From positions 23,792 to 87,791 of IMG/VR virus record IMGVR_UViG_3300044811_000031: a DNA stretch of 64,000 nucleotides. One strand, 5' to 3'. Each line of letters starts with the position of its first letter. The stretch's first letter is position 1. The position numbers and the translations under genes were made by a program. The stretch is from a virus. Below are positions 54,425 to 63,565 of the stretch, piece by piece. A model generated the notes under the pieces. The model had not been told where the DNA came from, did no database searches, and was given only the letters and a program-made list of their open reading frames with translations.

Positions 54425-55329
54425 GCGTCGTTGTCTCCTGTGCTCTCTTCGATCTTCTTCTCGATCAGGTGGATCAGACGGACCAGGTCGGCCTTGGTCT
54501 TCCGGAGGTTGTCCGTGAAGACGTACAGCTCGTCCCGGTCTAGACCTGCGATCAGGTCCTTGTGGGCCTCCCAGTCCTTGTAGATGCCCCGGAGGAAGGT
54601 GATCTCCGGGAGGGTCATGTGCCGGGCCATGGTGGTCTGCGGCTTGCGGAGACGGTCCCGTCCGGCCGGGGCCTCCGGCGCCTGGAACCCGGTGGGGACG
54701 GAGGCCAGCTTCGGCCGGTCCCGGTCCGGGCGCTCGTCGGGTACGGCGGCGGGGACCTGCTCGATCGGGAGCTGCATGATCTGCGCCTGCTCCTCCTTGG
54801 GCTTGCGGACCAGACGGTCGGCGGCCGACAGGGCCAGCTCCCCGTCCTCGACCGCCTGCGCCACCTCGGGCACGCCCAGGCTGCGTACCCGCTTGGCCCG
54901 CTCCAGGCCCTTGACGCTGGCGCCGGTGCGCTCGGCGACCTGCTCGCGGGTCAGATGCGCAGACACGCCGGTCGACGCCTCTCCGGTCAGGTAGTCCTGA
55001 CGCTGCCCCCAGCCCAGCGTCTCCAGAGCCTGCGCGGCCATGGCGATCTGGCTGGGGGTGAGATGACGTCGGGCGGTGTTCTCGTCCCAGACGTAACCGG
55101 CTGCGTCGTCGCCGGTGTAGGGCTTCTCCGGGCAGGCGATGCCGAGTTCCTGGCAGGCCCGCTTGCGGTTGCGGCCGTCGAGGATCATGCCCTCGAAGGT
55201 CGTGATCGGGTGGATCAGCCCATTGCGGCCGATGCGGTCCTTCAGCTCCTCGAAGGCGTCACCGTCCATCAGGGGGAAGACGTCGGCCAGCGGGTGCGCC
55301 TTGAGCCCTCCGTAGCTGCCCTTTGGCAT
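54421..55329 (-). CDS. ParB/Srx domain plus HTH protein
   Basis: HPLA.VFP, ILDGRNR..AC, N..RRHLT.SQ.A, HTH. Confidence 0.8.
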   Translation of the reverse strand: MPKGSYGGLKAHPLADVFPLMDGDAFEELKDRIGRNGLIHPITTFEGMILDGRNRKRACQELGIACPEKPYTGDDAAGYVWDENTARRHLTPSQIAMAAQALETLGWGQRQDYLTGEASTGVSAHLTREQVAERTGASVKGLERAKRVRSLGVPEVAQAVEDGELALSAADRLVRKPKEEQAQIMQLPIEQVPAAVPDERPDRDRPKLASVPTGFQAPEAPAGRDRLRKPQTTMARHMTLPEITFLRGIYKDWEAHKDLIAGLDRDELYVFTDNLRKTKADLVRLIHLIEKKIEESTGDNDA

Positions 55330-55523
55330 CAGACGCCCTCCTGGTCCAGGGGTGTGCCGTCCTCGGTCACGGTGAGCCCGGGGCCGAACTGCTCGGCCGT
55401 GGCCTCGGCATCGTCCCGGCTCTCACCGGAGTAGAGGATGTGGTCGTTGCCCAGGCGGTCCTTGCCGACGACCTGGTAGTTGGGGAACCTCGGGGCGGGG
55501 GTGACCTCTTCGGGAGTGGTCAT
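55329..55523 (-). CDS. Hypothetical protein
   Basis: Coupled. Confidence 0.55.
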   Translation of the reverse strand: MTTPEEVTPAPRFPNYQVVGKDRLGNDHILYSGESRDDAEATAEQFGPGLTVTEDGTPLDQEGV

Positions 55524-55693
55524 CGGACGGCCCCCTTGGTGTTGCGGTCGAGCCACTCACGCAGGGCCCAGCGCGCAACCGTGGACTTGTCGACGCCCCG
55601 GGCTTCCCCGGCGGCCTCGACTTCCTCCTTCATTTCCGGCTCTACCGCCACGGCCATCTGAGCCGTGTAGCGTGCCTTCACTCTGGCTGTCAT
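55520..55693 (-). CDS. Ribbon-helix-helix DNA-binding protein (probably leaderless)
   Basis: QMAVAV....K..V...GVDKS..AR.AL; GGGTATCCT -10 element just upstream of the ATG. Confidence 0.65.
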   Translation of the reverse strand: MTARVKARYTAQMAVAVEPEMKEEVEAAGEARGVDKSTVARWALREWLDRNTKGAVR

Positions 55694-55744
55694 ACTCGAA
55701 GGATACCCTAGGTCGTATGGGGTTACACGATCACAGGAGACGCG

Positions 55745-56305
55745 ATGCAGATGAAGATCATGGGGCTCGACCTCTCCATCACCTCGACCGGGGTGTGCCT
55801 GCCGGACGGCTCGGTGATCGCCCTCCGGCCGAAGCGCAAGGGTGACGACCGGCTGGGGGAGATACGCGATCACATCCGGCTGGCCGTCCGCACCAGTGGT
55901 GCCGACCTGGTGGTGATCGAGTCCATCCAGGGCCGTGGCCTGAAGGGCGACGCAGCGATCATAATCCCCATGCTGCACGGGGTGATCCGGGTCATGCTCC
56001 GGGACGAGCAGGTACCGTTCGTCCTCGTCAACCAGAGCACCCTGAAGCGGTACGCCACCGGCAACGGCAACGCGGACAAGACCGCCATGGCGATGGCCGC
56101 GTACAAGCGGGCGCGCGTCGACTTCGCCGACGACCGTGGTGGCGACAAGTGCGACGCCTGGTGGCTGTACGCCGCCGGTATGGAGCACACCGAGCAGCTG
56201 CTCTTCATCCTCCCGCTGGCCCAGCGCCAGGCTCTGGAGCTTGTGGACTGGTCCCCGGTACCCGTGGCCCCCCGGTTCCGGACAGGCGCTCAGACGGGAA
56301 TCTAG
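55745..56305 (+). CDS. RuvC-like Holliday junction resolvase
   Basis: MGLDLS.TSTG, VVIE, LKRYATG.GNADK, D.CDA. Confidence 0.85.
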   Translation: MQMKIMGLDLSITSTGVCLPDGSVIALRPKRKGDDRLGEIRDHIRLAVRTSGADLVVIESIQGRGLKGDAAIIIPMLHGVIRVMLRDEQVPFVLVNQSTLKRYATGNGNADKTAMAMAAYKRARVDFADDRGGDKCDAWWLYAAGMEHTEQLLFILPLAQRQALELVDWSPVPVAPRFRTGAQTGI

Positions 56306-56327
56306 ACCGCCCGGGCCGGAACAACGA

Positions 56328-56363
56328 AGAGCCCCACTGCCGGAGAGGTAGCAGTGGGGCTCT
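56328..56363. terminator. Hairpin between convergent genes
   Basis: AGAGCCCCACTGC/GCAGTGGGGCTCT. Confidence 0.7.
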
Positions 56364-56405
56364 CGTGCGCCGTGTCCTGCGAGGGGTCAGGACCGGCTGG
56401 TCACA

Positions 56406-57059
56406 TCAGAACGGGGGCTCGTCGCCCTCGTCCTTGTTGAACGGGTCCTCGCCACCGAGGAAGCTGTCGGCCTCGGGCTTGTAGTTCGGGTTGTCGGCCG
56501 CCGGGGTCCACTTGGCCACGAAGGTGTGGCCGTTGAAGCCGGAGCTGTACTTCTTGGACTTGCCCCGCTTCATCTGGAGCCGGATGCCCTTCTCCAGCGG
56601 AGCCAGGCTGCCCTCCGGCTGACCGAGCTTGACGGCGGCCTCCTTGCGGGCCTCCACGATGGCGTCGAGCATGGCGCCGAACACGTACGCCCGGCGGGTG
56701 CCGTCGTCGTCGGGGACGGCCTCCTCCTCGTTCTCCCGGCCCTTCCAGGTGATGCCCCAGTGCTCGCTGCCCTCGGGGATCTGGAAGTCCATCAGCACCT
56801 GGAGGGACGGCCGGGCGCTCCGCTCGTTCTTGACCTCGGAGTCCTTGACGTGCTTCCGGCCCTCGAACCACATCAGCTCACCGGTGTTGATGTCGGTGCG
56901 CTGGACCGGGTCGCCCCACGAGAGCAGGGTGCCGTCGAACTGGGCGCCCACCTTCGGGAACTTGACGGCCACCATGGAGGTGTAGTTGCCGCCTCCGAGG
57001 AAGTCGTCTGCTGCGTCGCTGGTGTCGGCGGGCTTGCCGCCGAACGGGTCTACTGCCAT
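56406..57059 (-). CDS. ssDNA-binding-like (OB fold) protein
   Basis: KF...G....G, DDDGTRR.YV, acidic C-terminal tail ending DEPPF. Confidence 0.65.
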   Translation of the reverse strand: MAVDPFGGKPADTSDAADDFLGGGNYTSMVAVKFPKVGAQFDGTLLSWGDPVQRTDINTGELMWFEGRKHVKDSEVKNERSARPSLQVLMDFQIPEGSEHWGITWKGRENEEEAVPDDDGTRRAYVFGAMLDAIVEARKEAAVKLGQPEGSLAPLEKGIRLQMKRGKSKKYSSGFNGHTFVAKWTPAADNPNYKPEADSFLGGEDPFNKDEGDEPPF

Positions 57060-57078
57060 GATCTTGGTCTCGCTTCCT

Positions 57079-57113
57079 GTGAACCTGTAAACGGGTGAAC
57101 CTGTAAACGGGTG
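57079..57113. repeat. Tandem 16-bp direct repeat
   Basis: GTGAACCTGTAAACGG x2 plus GTG. Confidence 0.85.
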
Positions 57114-57234
57114 CGGGTCCGCCGCGCAGCTACGACGTTGACCAGGCCCGGACTCGGCTGCCGCCTTCCGGCGGCCCAACTGCTATCCCTTGTCCGGTAC
57201 CTCCGGCCGGAGCCGGGGTGACCATGTGCCACCA

Positions 57235-57325
57235 GTGCGCTGACGGGACTCGAACCCGCGACCTCCGAACGACGGGCACTTAGGACCCGAGCGTCCGGCG
57301 CTCTTTCCATCTGAGCTACAGCGCG
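57235..57325 (-). ncRNA. tRNA-like RNA with ~12-bp anticodon arm
   Basis: Canonical D arm and GCGGG-TTCGAGT-CCCGT T arm; C1:A72 mismatch; arm CCGGACG-CT-CGGGT-CCTAAGT-GCCCG-T-CGTTCGG. Confidence 0.75.
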
Positions 57326-57334
57326 CCACGTTGA

Positions 57335-57601
57335 TCAGCGGATGGTGCTGAGGAACTGCTCCCACGCCACCGGCGTGAAGGCCAGTCCCGGGAGGGTGAT
57401 GTCCTTGCTGTCGCGGACCAGCACGATACCCCGGCTGGCGACCTCGACGCAGTTCTCGATGGTGGAGTAGCTCGACTTCCGGTACGCGGCTTCGAGACAC
57501 TCCCCGCCCTCGTTACCGCTGTAGCTGGACGCCTTGAACGCGGCTTCCAGGCAGGTGCCGTTCGCGTCCGAGTGGGTCGACTTGCGGAACGTGTCGTCCA
57601 T
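57335..57601 (-). CDS. DUF397 protein with repeated KSS.S motif
   Basis: FRKSTHS/FKASSYS/YRKSSYS, CVEVA, VRDSK, W..F. Confidence 0.85.
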   Translation of the reverse strand: MDDTFRKSTHSDANGTCLEAAFKASSYSGNEGGECLEAAYRKSSYSTIENCVEVASRGIVLVRDSKDITLPGLAFTPVAWEQFLSTIR

Positions 57602-57753
57602 GATCTCTCCTGGTCTCTCGGTGGATGAGCGGGGACGGATGCTTGCTGCTCGATCTTCGGATGGCCCGGAGACCACCTACGCCAGAGCATCCGTCCCTCT
57701 CCGCCCCGGTACCTTCGCCCGTCGAGTGAGTCGGGTCCGGGGAGTACCTGTAC

Positions 57754-57777
57754 AGCATACCCCGGTTTAGCTAATTC
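57754..57777 (-). promoter_or_regulatory. -10 element (GGGGTATGCT) with adjacent operator-like copy 5
   Basis: - strand GAATTAGCTAAACC-GGGG-TATGCT. Confidence 0.55.
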
Positions 57778-60026
57778 GAAGCCTTCGCCAGGGTGTCCTG
57801 CATCAGCTTGACCAGGGCATTGAGCCGGGTCATGCCGATCTTGGCGACCTCGCCCTTCATCTCCTGGAAGAGGGCCGACGCCTCCGGCCGCGTCGTCACG
57901 GACCGGGCGCGATCCTCATACGTGGGCTGCGCCGGGACGGGAGCGGGGGCAGGAGCTGTCGTACGCCCCGGGTTGGCCACCGGTGCCGGGGTGGGCCTGC
58001 TCGGCCGGGAGACGGCCGCCTGAGCCTTCTCCATGTCGACCACGGCGAGCAGCGTCTTGATGACCTCCTTGGTCAGCCCGGCGTCCTTGGCCTCCTGCCA
58101 GGCCGCGTTGCCCTCCTCCGGCGTTTTGACCGCGCGGAACTTCGCCTCCCACTGCGCCACGGTCGGCGGCCGGGTCACGGACGGGTGGCCCGTGGTCATC
58201 TGCGCGGCGGTCGGCCGGTCGAATGCCTCCGGCTCGGCATGCCGGATCGTGGCGGTCTCGTCGGACGTCATGTCCCCCAGCTCCTTGATGATCGCCGCTG
58301 CGGCGCCGGTCACGTCGGCCTTCGTCAGGGACAGCAGGGGCTCCGGCATCTTGGGGTCGCGGCCAGACCGGACAGCCGCGCACAGCTTGGCGTCCCGCCA
58401 TCCGGCGATCAGGTCGGCCGGGACGATGGAGCACCGAGCCTCGCCGTACGGCATGTGCATCACGATGCCGACGTCCTCACGCACGGGCTTGATGCCCTGC
58501 TCACTCAGCGGGCTCCATGCCCAGTGCGGCCGGTTCTGGTCGTCGTACACGACCGTGGCCACACCGTGCTCGTTGATGCCGTGAGCGTAGATCGACTCCT
58601 GGATCTGAATCTCCTGCCAGGCGTAGTCGAGCATGGCGCCGGACTTGACGTCGCCGATGACGTAGTCCCCGGCGTGGATCTGCACCCGGCGCCCCTCCAG
58701 GACGGTCTCCGGCTGGTCGCGGATGCACTCCAGCACCCGGTCGAACGTGCCGACGATGCCCTTGGCAAGCTCCAGCGTCAGCACGGACCGCTCAATGAGG
58801 TGCGGGACGGGACGGAACCCGGCGGCCTCCAGTGCGGCCAGGTAGACGGCGACGTCGGGCCGGTACTCGTCGGGGACGTCCTTGACAGTCTTGCGGCCGG
58901 ACTCGACCTCTTCGGTGTGCTTGTGGAGCTGGGTGCCCTTCTTGGCGCGGTCCTTGGATCCGGCGGCCAGCTTGGCCTGCTCCACGATGGAGTTGAGATC
59001 GTCCCGGCGCTCGCGGGCGACCTCGTACGCCACGCCGCCCTTGAGGATCCGCTTGACGTTCTCCATCAGGTCGGGGCGCCGGGCCAGCCCGAGAGCCGCC
59101 ATCCGGCTCTTCCACTGGTCCAGGGCGATCGAGTCGGCGATGGTCTCGGCGAAGGTCGTCGTCCGGGTCCACTTGGTCTTCTTGCCGGTGATGGGGTGGG
59201 GGCCCTCGTACCGGCCGTTCTTGACCGGCAGCTGGAGAGAGATGTGCTTCGGCCGCTCGGCCACGGCGGCGCGGGCCTCCGCGTCGGACTCGATCTCGTC
59301 CCCGCAGCAGTCCTGAGCCTCCCAGCCGCCATCTCCATCGGCCCGGATGACGTCCCCGGAGAGGAAGGAGGTGTAGCAGCCGGAGCAGTCCCCGTCGTAG
59401 GCGGAGTCGAACCACGGGCCCTTGCCGCCCTGCTCGGGCTCGGGGGTGGGGCTGCCCCCACCGAGGAAGTCGTCGGCTGCGGAGCGGGGGATCACGGTCA
59501 CCGTGGCACCGGCGCGGGCGGCCGTGCTCGGGTCGTCCGGCTCCTCCATGCCGCACACACAGAAGCTGCCGGAGTGGCCCTTGCCGTCGTCCCCGTACTC
59601 GAAGTCGTGGACGTGCTCCGGACCGTACAGGCTGTTCAGCTCAGCAGCCGCAGCCCGGGACCGGCCGTACTCCGCCTCGACCTCCTGCTCCAGGACCGGG
59701 CTGATGCCCTCGACCCCCAGCGGCCAGTCGGAGCCCCCGGGGCAGTTGGCCCGGCCGGACCGGTCCAGGTGGGTGCGGATCCGCTGGTTGGCGGTCAGCG
59801 GGTAGGGCATGCGGCACTCCTTGCAGAGCGCTCCTCCACCGTGGTGCTCGCCACCGGGCTCCCCCTCGTACGCACCCTTCGGGTGGCCGCCGGAGCCCGG
59901 GCACATCGGGTTCTCCGGAGTGATCTTCTTCCCGTTGGCGGCATGGGCCCGCAGCACGCCTCCGGCGACCAGACTCACGTCAGTCCGGGGGCACAGCGGG
60001 CAGGCCGCCTTCTTGGTCTCAGGCAT
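57771..60026 (-). CDS. PD-(D/E)XK (Cas4/RecE-like) exonuclease with Zn-binding N-terminal repeats
   Basis: RTTT, GTQLH, E, GTFDR, IGDVKSG, Q...YA. Confidence 0.8.
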   Translation of the reverse strand: MPETKKAACPLCPRTDVSLVAGGVLRAHAANGKKITPENPMCPGSGGHPKGAYEGEPGGEHHGGGALCKECRMPYPLTANQRIRTHLDRSGRANCPGGSDWPLGVEGISPVLEQEVEAEYGRSRAAAAELNSLYGPEHVHDFEYGDDGKGHSGSFCVCGMEEPDDPSTAARAGATVTVIPRSAADDFLGGGSPTPEPEQGGKGPWFDSAYDGDCSGCYTSFLSGDVIRADGDGGWEAQDCCGDEIESDAEARAAVAERPKHISLQLPVKNGRYEGPHPITGKKTKWTRTTTFAETIADSIALDQWKSRMAALGLARRPDLMENVKRILKGGVAYEVARERRDDLNSIVEQAKLAAGSKDRAKKGTQLHKHTEEVESGRKTVKDVPDEYRPDVAVYLAALEAAGFRPVPHLIERSVLTLELAKGIVGTFDRVLECIRDQPETVLEGRRVQIHAGDYVIGDVKSGAMLDYAWQEIQIQESIYAHGINEHGVATVVYDDQNRPHWAWSPLSEQGIKPVREDVGIVMHMPYGEARCSIVPADLIAGWRDAKLCAAVRSGRDPKMPEPLLSLTKADVTGAAAAIIKELGDMTSDETATIRHAEPEAFDRPTAAQMTTGHPSVTRPPTVAQWEAKFRAVKTPEEGNAAWQEAKDAGLTKEVIKTLLAVVDMEKAQAAVSRPSRPTPAPVANPGRTTAPAPAPVPAQPTYEDRARSVTTRPEASALFQEMKGEVAKIGMTRLNALVKLMQDTLAKASN

Positions 60027-60438
60027 TCGTAAGCTCCTCGATCTGTACGGGCGGGAGGTCCCAGCACGGGTGGTCTCCCACTGCGGCAGCGGTCAGCGAC
60101 CACTGGGTGAAGCGGTACGGCTGCCCGGGGCCGGTCTCCCATGAGCCGTAGCTCAGGTCGATCTCCAGCCACGCCTGGCCCAGGGCCAGCCGCTCGACGT
60201 AGGGGGCGGCCTCGATGCCGGTGAACATCCGGCCGAATACGATCAGCCGACGGTCCACGACGGCGGCCGACTCGATCACGCCGATCTGCGGCCGGTGGAA
60301 GCCGTTGCCCTCCCACCGCCCGAACACCGGCAGGGGGTACGGGCGGTGGTCCAGGACGTCCTGATCCTCCAGCACCCGGCCATCGTTGGTCGGCACGCCG
60401 ATGCGGCCGACGATGGCGATGAAGACGATCCGTTTCAC
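60019..60438 (-). CDS. Stand-alone paralog of the capsid protease domain
   Basis: GVPTNDGR, PLP, IG.I, IDL, LTAAAV...P.W align with 622-2337. Confidence 0.55.
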   Translation of the reverse strand: MKRIVFIAIVGRIGVPTNDGRVLEDQDVLDHRPYPLPVFGRWEGNGFHRPQIGVIESAAVVDRRLIVFGRMFTGIEAAPYVERLALGQAWLEIDLSYGSWETGPGQPYRFTQWSLTAAAVGDHPCWDLPPVQIEELTNA

Positions 60439-60824
60439 TACGCCTCGTCTTCCATGCGGCTGAAGATCCAGTCGTTGCCACCGGCGACGACGCGGTACCG
60501 GCCGACCGGCCCGAGAGGGTGGTCCTGGCCCTCCAGGTAGGTGTGCAGAGCGCACCCGAACAGCGTGCCGTCGAGCCGCTCGATCAGCGGGTGCTGGATG
60601 CTGAAGGCGTCCGGGTCGAGCTGCACGAGGTGGGCGGTCTCACCGGCCCGGTCGAGCAGCACGGCGGGAGCCTCCGGCCAGGGGCAGTCCATCTGGACGC
60701 ACACCAGGCGGCCACCGGTGGACACCTGGACGGTCGGGTTGCCGCAGGCCGGGCAGTACCCGGCGACGTCGCGGTCGTGGACGCTGCGCCGGGGGGTGGT
60801 GGCCTTCTTCTTCGCGGGGGTCAT
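60438..60824 (-). CDS. Zn-binding hypothetical protein
   Basis: GYCPACG, C...DC, FSIQHPL.ERL. Confidence 0.65.
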   Translation of the reverse strand: MTPAKKKATTPRRSVHDRDVAGYCPACGNPTVQVSTGGRLVCVQMDCPWPEAPAVLLDRAGETAHLVQLDPDAFSIQHPLIERLDGTLFGCALHTYLEGQDHPLGPVGRYRVVAGGNDWIFSRMEDEA

Positions 60825-62485
60825 GTCTGGATGCTCCTCATCCTCGGGTCGAGCCTGCGGGTGGCGAAGACGATACCGATCGCGTCGGACACTTCGCCCT
60901 TGGTAGCGGGGCCGTCGATGGTGATGCCGATCGACCGGGCCTTGCTGATCTGGAGGGGGCTGGCGGGCTCCTTGCGCCACCGCTTCTTCTTCATCGTCAG
61001 GACGCCCGCCCCGGCCTCCGTCTCCGCCCACGCCATGGCCATGCCGAGGGGGAGGGTGCGGTGCAGAACCTGCCAGGCGGTGCCGTTGGCCGGGGCGAAG
61101 CCAACTGCCCAGGTGCCCTCGCGGTCCGGCCAGATGAAGACCTCTCCGTCCCCCCGGCCGATGAACATCACCCCACCGCGCGTGCGCAGCCAGGAGACCC
61201 CAGAGGCCGCGAACAGGTCGACGTCCCGGTACTTGAGGTCGAACAGCAGGTGGTCGGCGGACAGGGTCGTCTCGTCCCGCTCCTGCTGGCGGACGTACGC
61301 CTGCGACAGGGACTCGCCGGGCTCCGGCTCCACGTGCAGGCCGGGCTCCAGATCCACCAGCGTGCTGATCACACCGCCCTGGCCGACGACGTTGAGCACG
61401 AGAGCGTCGGCCTTGCCGGGCCAGGTGCGCAGCACCCGGCCGACCATCTGGATGTACAGCGGGGCGCTCTTGGTCGGCCGGGCGATGACCGCGCAGTCCG
61501 CCCATGGGAAGTCGGCTCCCTCGGTCAGCACCATGCAGTTGACGATGGCCTGGTACTCGCCGGTGCGGAACCGCTCGTAGATCAGCCGTCGCTCCTCCCG
61601 GGTGGTGTTGCCCTCGACCACGTCGCAGGTGATGCCGATGCGGTCCAGCTCGGCCGCCGTCAGGTAGGCGGTCGCCACGTCGGGGGTGAAGACGATATGC
61701 CGCCGATCGGCGGCGTGCTGGTGGATGGCGAAGGCGATGGCGTGAGGGCCGTCGACCGCCATCAGGGCGTCCCCGAGGGACTTGGCCTGGTAGTCGCCCC
61801 CGGACGTCTTTACGGCGCTCAGATCCAGCTCCAGGTCCACCGTGCGGGCGGACACGTCGGTCAGGAAGCCGTTGGCGATCATCCACAGGGTGGTCTTGGT
61901 GTAGACGACGTCGTCCCACACGTCACCGAGGCCCACCTCGTCACCCCGGGCCAGGGTGGCGGTGAAGCCCACGGCCCGGGTTCCGCCCCACTCGTCGTCG
62001 TCCATCCAGTCGAAGCAGCCGAGGGACGTCATGATCTTCATGTAGCTCGGGGCGGCGGCATGGTGGCACTCGTCCACGATGACCAGGCCGATCCCGGGGC
62101 CACCGGTCTGGGACCGGACCAGGGCGGCCAGCCGGTTCTCCCGGGCGAGGGTCTGCACCGATGCCACGATCACATCGGCGTCGACCTCGTTGTCGGCCGC
62201 CTTGACCTTGCCGATCTCCAGATCGGGGGCGATCGTCCGCAGCTTGGCGATGGCCTGGTCGGCCAGTTCGTCCCGGTGGACGAGGACGACCACCCGGTGC
62301 GGGTCGCCCATCATCCGGTGGACCTGGACGAAGTCCCGGATCAGCGAGGCGAAGATCACTGTCTTCCCGGCACCGGTGGGCAGCACGACCGCCGGGCGCT
62401 GCATGCCCGACGGCCACGCCCCCCAGACCGCGCTGATGCACTCGGTCTGGTACGGCCGGAGGGTGATCTCCTCGTGCCTGATCAT
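60821..62485 (-). CDS. Superfamily 2 (DEAD/DEAH-like) DNA helicase
   Basis: LRPYQ, PTGAGKT, DECHH, TAT, QMVGR.LR. Confidence 0.92.
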   Translation of the reverse strand: MIRHEEITLRPYQTECISAVWGAWPSGMQRPAVVLPTGAGKTVIFASLIRDFVQVHRMMGDPHRVVVLVHRDELADQAIAKLRTIAPDLEIGKVKAADNEVDADVIVASVQTLARENRLAALVRSQTGGPGIGLVIVDECHHAAAPSYMKIMTSLGCFDWMDDDEWGGTRAVGFTATLARGDEVGLGDVWDDVVYTKTTLWMIANGFLTDVSARTVDLELDLSAVKTSGGDYQAKSLGDALMAVDGPHAIAFAIHQHAADRRHIVFTPDVATAYLTAAELDRIGITCDVVEGNTTREERRLIYERFRTGEYQAIVNCMVLTEGADFPWADCAVIARPTKSAPLYIQMVGRVLRTWPGKADALVLNVVGQGGVISTLVDLEPGLHVEPEPGESLSQAYVRQQERDETTLSADHLLFDLKYRDVDLFAASGVSWLRTRGGVMFIGRGDGEVFIWPDREGTWAVGFAPANGTAWQVLHRTLPLGMAMAWAETEAGAGVLTMKKKRWRKEPASPLQISKARSIGITIDGPATKGEVSDAIGIVFATRRLDPRMRSIQT

Positions 62486-62847
62486 CAGCTCTCCTCCATC
62501 CCGAGCAGGTCCATCACGTCGACCGGCGGCGCCTCATGCTCCGGCCGGGCCCCGAACCTGAGCCACCGCCACTGCACCGGGAGCCACGCCAGCCTGAGGT
62601 CCATAGCGACCAGGGCCCGGTGCTGACCGTCGTCCATCAGGACGGCCGGACTGTCAGGAGCCAGGGCCAGCCGGAGCGGCGTACGGACGCCCTGGAGCCC
62701 GATCACCCGGCGCAGGTCGTCCAGCCGCTCCCGCTCGGTGTCGTTCCGCACGGAGTCCCGGCGGCACTCGTCCCAGGTGGCGTACCGGCCGGGGGACACC
62801 AGGCCCGAGGTCAGTGACGTGAGCGGCAGACGGCCGGTCCAGATCAT
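62485..62847 (-). CDS. ParB/Srx-like small domain protein
   Basis: G...PL.L, DGQHR...A..L....LPV. Confidence 0.6.
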   Translation of the reverse strand: MIWTGRLPLTSLTSGLVSPGRYATWDECRRDSVRNDTERERLDDLRRVIGLQGVRTPLRLALAPDSPAVLMDDGQHRALVAMDLRLAWLPVQWRWLRFGARPEHEAPPVDVMDLLGMEES

Positions 62848-63356
62848 CAGCCCTCCTCAGGCAGGGTCAGATCCACGATCATGGGCTTGGCGATGATCTC
62901 GGGACGGTTGGTCCGCAGGGACTTGACCTCATCGAAGTTGAGTCCCCGGCGGCGCCCCGTCGCGGCGTACAGCCCGTCGGTCTCCCGCTCCAGCTCCTCC
63001 GCCAGACGGCAATCGATGATCTCCATCCACTTCACCGCGACGGCGGCCACCTGACCCAGCTCCCGACGGAGCTGCTCGGGGTCACCATGGACGGCCTGCG
63101 CCAGGGCCTCGAACACCTCCTCCAGGAGCACGACGGTCATGTTGCGGGGGTCGCCCCGGCCAGCCTTCCATTCGTCCTTCAGGTGGTCGCACCGGGCCTT
63201 GAGCATGATCTCCAGCACGGCATAGCTCCGGCCGAGGATCAGGGTGCCGTCGTCCGTGCCGTCGTTGTCGGCGAGGTGCTGGCGGCCCCACAGCTCCACC
63301 TGGCGCTCGCGCTCGGCCGCGACCTCGCTCAGGATCATGTCGGTGTGCGCACTCAT
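62847..63356 (-). CDS. MazG-like nucleotide pyrophosphohydrolase
   Basis: ER.RQ...WG, LLEEVFEA, EL.QVAAVAV.W. Confidence 0.6.
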   Translation of the reverse strand: MSAHTDMILSEVAAERERQVELWGRQHLADNDGTDDGTLILGRSYAVLEIMLKARCDHLKDEWKAGRGDPRNMTVVLLEEVFEALAQAVHGDPEQLRRELGQVAAVAVKWMEIIDCRLAEELERETDGLYAATGRRRGLNFDEVKSLRTNRPEIIAKPMIVDLTLPEEG

Positions 63357-63565
63357 CAGACCCTCCCCATCCGGAGCAGCTCGCGCCAGCAGGTTCCGCA
63401 GTACCACATACCGGCCAGCCGGTAGCGGTCGGACTTCAGGGCCACGCCCTGGCAGCGCTGGCAGGTGGCCGGAGCGCGCACCGCACGGACCCGGTTGACG
63501 ACGGTGTAGCCGGTGGCGAAGCCGATCGCTGCTGCGATGAAGCACGCCACCAGAACGATCACCAT
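63356..63565 (-). CDS. Small membrane-anchored Zn-finger protein
   Basis: TM plus CQRC..CGTC. Confidence 0.5.
   Translation of the reverse strand: MVIVLVACFIAAAIGFATGYTVVNRVRAVRAPATCQRCQGVALKSDRYRLAGMWYCGTCWRELLRMGRV

Noticed and set aside
57771-60026. Cas4-like nuclease as a sign of CRISPR
   Set aside because: A common stand-alone phage exonuclease; no array or other cas genes
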